Positions 59,150 to 64,000 of a stretch of DNA of 64,000 nt are shown here, piece after piece. The translations under genes were made by a program, and so were the position numbers. The notes under the pieces are model-generated. The model worked only from the letters and a program-made list of their open reading frames with translations. It was not told the DNA's origin and ran no database searches. The stretch is taken from assembly GCA_963675755.2 (NCBI GenBank), contig CAXXMD010000003.1, positions 2,496,001-2,560,000 of the forward strand, in the 5' to 3' direction. Origin of the DNA: a bacterium (GTDB taxonomy: Bacteria > Zhuqueibacterota > Zhuqueibacteria > Residuimicrobiales > Krinioviventaceae). Numbering within the stretch: the first letter of the stretch is position 1; the number at the start of each line of letters is the position of its first letter.

Positions 59150-60403
59150 GTGATGAATGAAAGCGAAATTAGAGATTCACTTGTTCTGGTAGTAGATGAT
59201 AATCCTAATAATATTCAGGTATTGGGAAAAATATTGACAATACATGGATTCAAACCAGCAATTGCAACAAGTGGTAAACAAGCAATCAAAATTACACAAA
59301 AACGAAAGCCAGATTTGATTTTAATGGATATTATGATGCCGGAAATGGATGGATTTGAAACAACCAAACAAATCAAGAGCAATCCGGAATTGATAGATAT
59401 TCCTGTTATTTTTCTTACTGCCAAAATTGAATTGCAGAGCAAGCTGCGAGGCTTTGAGCTGGGAGCAGTTGATTATATTACAAAACCTTTTGAATCCATT
59501 GAGGTTATGAAAAGAGTAGAAACTCATCTAAAGCTCAAAAAAGCAATTGATATAATAAAAAAATATAACAATGAACTTGAAGTTCTTTTAGAAGAGCGTA
59601 CACGGGATCTGATCGAAACAGAAAGACATGCAGCTTTTAGTTTAATGATACAGGGACTCATACATAATTTTAAAAATGTACTGACCGGAATATACAGTTA
59701 TGGGGATTATTTGCAATATAAAATGACCGATCTTGAAGAAAAGTTGTCAAATAATGATTTGGATCTGGATGGGATTAGTGAAAGAATTACTGAAATGATT
59801 CCCTATTGTGATAAAGTTGTAGAACGGTCTCATGATATGAATGAGATGGTTAGCTCGCTTATGGTAAAAAGCCGCCAGGATAAAAGTACAGAGTTGCAAC
59901 TTGTTGATTTGAATGATTTGCTGAAACGCGAATTGGATTTTTATAATGCCAATTTGAAATACAAACACAATGTTACCAAAGAGATTTATCTAAGTGATGA
60001 GTCCTTGTATGTGCAAATTGTGCCTGGTGAAATGACACAGGTCTTTCAAAATCTTATCAGTAATGCTTTGGATGCATTTGGAGATACCAAAAAAGCAATT
60101 CTTGAATTTACTTCTGGCAGAGAAAATGGCAATGTTTGGGTTTCAATTAAAGACAATGGCCCCGGTATTCCTCAGGAAATTCAAACAAAAATATTTGACC
60201 CTTTTTTTACTACCAAAAAAAGAGCAGATAATCAAGATGAAGGGCCATCAGGTACAGGTTTGGGTTTGTACATGTGTAAACAAACTGTAGAATCATACGA
60301 TGGAGAGTTGAAACTTGAATCTCAAGTGGGTCAGGGAACCCGTTTTAAAATAATATTGCCGGAAGGTAATAAAGGAAATGGGCTAGAAAACATTATTTGC
60401 TGA
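59150..60403 (+). CDS. Receiver-histidine kinase hybrid
   Basis: VVDD, DIMMP, KP; H-box GLIHNFKN, NLISNA.D, DNGPG and GTGLGL. Confidence 0.9.
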   Translation: MMNESEIRDSLVLVVDDNPNNIQVLGKILTIHGFKPAIATSGKQAIKITQKRKPDLILMDIMMPEMDGFETTKQIKSNPELIDIPVIFLTAKIELQSKLRGFELGAVDYITKPFESIEVMKRVETHLKLKKAIDIIKKYNNELEVLLEERTRDLIETERHAAFSLMIQGLIHNFKNVLTGIYSYGDYLQYKMTDLEEKLSNNDLDLDGISERITEMIPYCDKVVERSHDMNEMVSSLMVKSRQDKSTELQLVDLNDLLKRELDFYNANLKYKHNVTKEIYLSDESLYVQIVPGEMTQVFQNLISNALDAFGDTKKAILEFTSGRENGNVWVSIKDNGPGIPQEIQTKIFDPFFTTKKRADNQDEGPSGTGLGLYMCKQTVESYDGELKLESQVGQGTRFKIILPEGNKGNGLENIIC

Positions 60404-61196
60404 TTAATTTTGATGCACCTGCAGTTTTTTCTTTTCTATTGATCCAATATAGAATGTTTTCCTGACTGCGGTCCCATGCTATGCCCTGGCCATGATTATC
60501 AATAGATATTGTTTCTTTCCATAGTAATACCGAGCCTGCTTTGGGGAGTGATAATACATATACCTCACCCAGATCATGTCCTGTGCAGTATAAATTTCCA
60601 TTCGGTCCCCAGGAACCACCCGAGTTACTCATAGGTTTGAATTTTTCAATGATTGTGTCCGGAAAAGTCCAGCTTTGCACTTCTTTCCAGTTTTTATCGA
60701 GTTGTACCAGTACCGTAGATTCTACTCCCTTGCCGGTTTGTGCTTTAAAACGTTCATAGTGAGAAAAAACCGCCCACCATGAATCATTAAAAAAATCTAC
60801 CCAGGTGCAAGAACCCCATTTAATTCCAAAACTGTGCGAACCTATGTGCTCAAGCGTTTCAGTATCCCAGATTTCTATAGAACTGGTCATGGGTATACCC
60901 GGATAGTTGGAATGGGCCGCATATAGTTTTCCGTCTATGATTACACCGCTATCCAGATGTATAATGGGTTCCTGTTCTGAACTCTGCCAGGATTTCAAAA
61001 GTTTATGTGTTGTTTTATCATACTTGGCGATCTTTTTTGTAGAAATAGCATAAATAGCATGGTTGTCAACCGCTATACCTTGATGGGCTTCGGGGCAACG
61101 GAATTTCAATAGAGTCTGAAATTCGGACTGCTGTGAAAATGAGTACATTGAGGATAAAAGTATGAGCAGAATTGTTTGAAATGCTGTTTTTTTCAT
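60393..61196 (-). CDS. Hypothetical secreted protein (beta-propeller-like)
   Basis: Signal peptide and repeated QGIA(V/W)D motifs. Confidence 0.7.
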   Translation of the reverse strand: MKKTAFQTILLILLSSMYSFSQQSEFQTLLKFRCPEAHQGIAVDNHAIYAISTKKIAKYDKTTHKLLKSWQSSEQEPIIHLDSGVIIDGKLYAAHSNYPGIPMTSSIEIWDTETLEHIGSHSFGIKWGSCTWVDFFNDSWWAVFSHYERFKAQTGKGVESTVLVQLDKNWKEVQSWTFPDTIIEKFKPMSNSGGSWGPNGNLYCTGHDLGEVYVLSLPKAGSVLLWKETISIDNHGQGIAWDRSQENILYWINRKEKTAGASKLISK

Positions 61197-62776
61197 AACC
61201 GCCCCATTATTTGAGCACAGATGATAATAATTACAAGCGCTATGGGATAAACAGTAGCATAAGCAATTTGCGGAGCATCACAGTCTGTCATGGGATCAAT
61301 TGCAGCCAGGCCGGGGGTACTGGTCATACCGCCGGTTAATGCACCCAGTAAAGTAAGAAAATTGATTTTGAATAAAAATCTTCCAATAAATGTACCTATA
61401 ACCAACGGTACCAGGGTAATTATTGCACCTACAATGAATAAACTTATGCCATATTGTTTATAACTTTCAGTAATATGAGACCCAGCTTCGGTACCTACTG
61501 CGGCCAGGAAAAACAATAGTCCCAATGTTCTCAATAGCTGGTTAGCTGTTCCGGACATTGACCAGACAATGGGGCCGGTTCGACCCAGTTTGCTGAGCAA
61601 TATCGCAACAGTTAAAACACCGCCGGTCAAACCCAGGCTAAAGGATGTGGTCCCATACAGGGGAATACGGAGTTTGCCGATTAGGATACCTAAAACAATT
61701 CCCACCGCTATGGGAAGAAAATCAGTCTCGGAAAGTTTACTGGCATTGTTACCCAGCAGTTTTATAATATTTTTCATGTTTCCCTGATCACTGGCAATCA
61801 TCAGTTTGTCACCCATTCGAAGTTGATTGTTCGGACTGGGGGAAATATCGATACCACTTCGGCGAATTCGTGTAACATTGGCGTTATAATTACGCAGCAG
61901 GTTCAATTCGCCCAGGGATTTTCCTACAACTTTTTTATTTGTGATCAATATCCACTGCACATCATAACCCTTGCCGAGGGGCATTTCATCTTCTGTTTTT
62001 GAACCAATTAAAATTTTAATTCGTTCAAGATCTTTTTCAGAACCAACTGCTTTAATCATATCTCCGGTATAAAGAACTGTTTCCGCTACAGGGGTTATGG
62101 CTTCATCTTTGTGCATCACTCTGGAGATTGTAGCGCCTGTCATGGTTTTTACCTGCATCTCGCGCAAGGTTTTTCCATTTACATTTACATTCTCAACCAA
62201 AAAATTTGCGTTAAAGATTTTTGGGTATTGTGAATAAGCTTCTTTGTTATGATCTAGTACTGCCTGATGAATGTCAACTTTGATGGCTTTGGGAAGCAGT
62301 CTAACGAAAAGAATAACTCCCAGCACACCAAAAGGGTATGCAACACCATATCCGATTGAAGCAATAGGAGAACCTGCGCTTTCAATTGCAGCTGCAAGTC
62401 CTGGTGTACTTGTCAAGGCCCCGGTTAAAAGGCCTACACCAATTTTATAATCAATACCATAAATGTTTACCAGAGCAATTGCTATCAATGTTGCGCTGAT
62501 CATCATGGCAACAACAGTCAGTATGATCTTGAGCCCTTGCTTTTGAAACGACTCGAAAAAACCAGGCCCGGCTTGAATACCAATTGTGAAAATAAATAAC
62601 AAAACACCAATTTTGTTAAAATCCTGGGGGACGATAATACCAAAATAACCCATTACAAGTGCAACAAATATCACCGCAGAGATATCTAGCGATATTCCTT
62701 TAATCTTGATATGACCAAACAAGATTCCAAGGGCTATAATCAAAAAGAGCGCGAAATAACTTTCAGACAACAGCAA
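61193..62776 (-). CDS. AspT/YidE/YbjL (aspartate:alanine exchanger family) transporter with TrkA-C domains
   Basis: Duplicated G..TSTPGLAA, GPGFF and two cytoplasmic TrkA-C repeats. Confidence 0.9.
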   Translation of the reverse strand: MLLSESYFALFLIIALGILFGHIKIKGISLDISAVIFVALVMGYFGIIVPQDFNKIGVLLFIFTIGIQAGPGFFESFQKQGLKIILTVVAMMISATLIAIALVNIYGIDYKIGVGLLTGALTSTPGLAAAIESAGSPIASIGYGVAYPFGVLGVILFVRLLPKAIKVDIHQAVLDHNKEAYSQYPKIFNANFLVENVNVNGKTLREMQVKTMTGATISRVMHKDEAITPVAETVLYTGDMIKAVGSEKDLERIKILIGSKTEDEMPLGKGYDVQWILITNKKVVGKSLGELNLLRNYNANVTRIRRSGIDISPSPNNQLRMGDKLMIASDQGNMKNIIKLLGNNASKLSETDFLPIAVGIVLGILIGKLRIPLYGTTSFSLGLTGGVLTVAILLSKLGRTGPIVWSMSGTANQLLRTLGLLFFLAAVGTEAGSHITESYKQYGISLFIVGAIITLVPLVIGTFIGRFLFKINFLTLLGALTGGMTSTPGLAAIDPMTDCDAPQIAYATVYPIALVIIIICAQIMGRL

Positions 62777-62928
62777 AATGAATCTCCAATATTTGAGGGG
62801 ATAATATACAAAAAAGGAAACACAATTTAAATCAAATTTTAGTATTTAGTGTTATTAAGTTTGGTGTGATTTTTTTTTGTTTTTTAATTGAAATATACTA
62901 AGTTAGTTAAAGGAATAGAGGAAAGGTA

Positions 62929-63414
62929 ATGAAAACTTTAAAAGAGATAATTTATATTATTACAATATCAGTTGTGTTGGGTTTGCTGGTAAATATGTTT
63001 CATCCCAGGGCAGCAGCATTATCCTGGGAGCGCCCCTCACCCATAATGAATGAAAACGATGGGATGGAGCTTGGTAATAGTCCTGAAATCATTCCAATTG
63101 AAGCGTTTAAGGATTTGATAGCAAAGGATAATATATTAATCATAGACGCCAGATTACCGGAAGAGTTTAGTGCAGGGCACATTCCCGGGGCAATAAATGT
63201 TTCATTTGATCTGCTAGGGGAGCATATACAAAAAATATTACAAGAATCAAGGGACCGGATCCTTGTAACTTATTGCGACGGCCCTCCTTGTGATAAAAGT
63301 GTTGTGTTGGCAACCGAGCTAAAGAGTTTGGAATTTACTACAGTTTATGTCTATTATGATGGATTGGCAAACTGGCTAGAAAATGGAAATCCATTAAACC
63401 GGGAGCAACAGTGA
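62929..63414 (+). CDS. Membrane-anchored rhodanese-like protein
   Basis: IDAR..EEF..GHIPGA and YCDGPPC. Confidence 0.85.
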   Translation: MKTLKEIIYIITISVVLGLLVNMFHPRAAALSWERPSPIMNENDGMELGNSPEIIPIEAFKDLIAKDNILIIDARLPEEFSAGHIPGAINVSFDLLGEHIQKILQESRDRILVTYCDGPPCDKSVVLATELKSLEFTTVYVYYDGLANWLENGNPLNREQQ

Positions 63415-63833
63415 TGAATAAATGGATATTACTGGGAATTCGTCTGGTGTTGGCCGCGGTTTTTATTTATGCGGGCATAGGGAAAATACTGGATCCTGCT
63501 GGCTTTACTGCTGATATTGAAAATTACAGGCTTTTACCCTATTTTCTTTCTGCTTTGACTGCTGTGGTATTACCCTGGATTGAGGTGATTTGTGGAATCT
63601 TGCTGATAACCGGAAAATGGATCAGCGGCGCATCTTTGATCATTATAATATTGAATATTGTTTTTATTTTTGCCATAACAAGTGCTATTTTGAGGGGATT
63701 AGATATAAATTGTGGATGTTTTTCTTTGAGTAAAGAAGGTTCAAGCGTTTCTATAATTCGTATTGCAGAAGATATTTTGTTTTTAGGATTTGCTATGGCG
63801 ATTTTCTTTTCTAATCGGAAATCGAATCTGTAG
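63411..63833 (+). CDS. MauE/DoxX family membrane protein
   Basis: RLVLA.VF..AG..K, LPWIE and GLDINCGCF. Confidence 0.88.
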   Translation: MMNKWILLGIRLVLAAVFIYAGIGKILDPAGFTADIENYRLLPYFLSALTAVVLPWIEVICGILLITGKWISGASLIIIILNIVFIFAITSAILRGLDINCGCFSLSKEGSSVSIIRIAEDILFLGFAMAIFFSNRKSNL

Positions 63834-64000
63834 AATTTATCAAGAATTTTGAATTTTTGTCTGTTTATCCTTGTTTATCAATAAAATTTTCATTATTACT
63901 TTATATTATCAATTAGTAAATGTTTTATTTTTGTAGTAAAATTAAATTTGAATGATTTAAATAAAAAAATCAACCTTGTTAACAACACAAATGATATTGT

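Noticed and set aside
63834-64000. AT-rich tail as a replication origin
   Set aside because: No clear DnaA-box cluster; consistent with an ordinary intergenic promoter region cut by the window edge.

Overview
A gene-dense bacterial chromosomal window with about 55 CDS. No rRNA, tRNA, CRISPR array, integrase or transposase was seen. Secreted proteins ending in NYPNPFN/FlgD-Ig domains, TonB receptors and Tat-exported reductases suggest an FCB-group organism such as KSB1 or Calditrichota (inference only). Recognisable content: a partial menaquinone operon (menG-F-D-H-B), POT transporter, GH20, SNF2 helicase, tandem paralog pairs (HAD, CPBP, ExbD-like), djlA, proA, a DEAD-box helicase, BlaI/BlaR-M23, a FIST/PAS two-component cluster and several families of REP-like palindromes. 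The most striking unannotated signal is at 32278-32655, directly after an ECF sigma/anti-sigma envelope-stress cluster. It is a tandem array of three small units, each with an ECF-type GAAC-N16-(C/G)GTT promoter and its own terminator. Units 1 and 2 have two hairpins whose loops display UACCC, and unit 3 is complementary to the ribosome-binding site of the next gene. A fourth ECF-promoter plus two-hairpin unit lies at 14696-14815. All calls are by-eye motif recognition; no database search or folding program was run.
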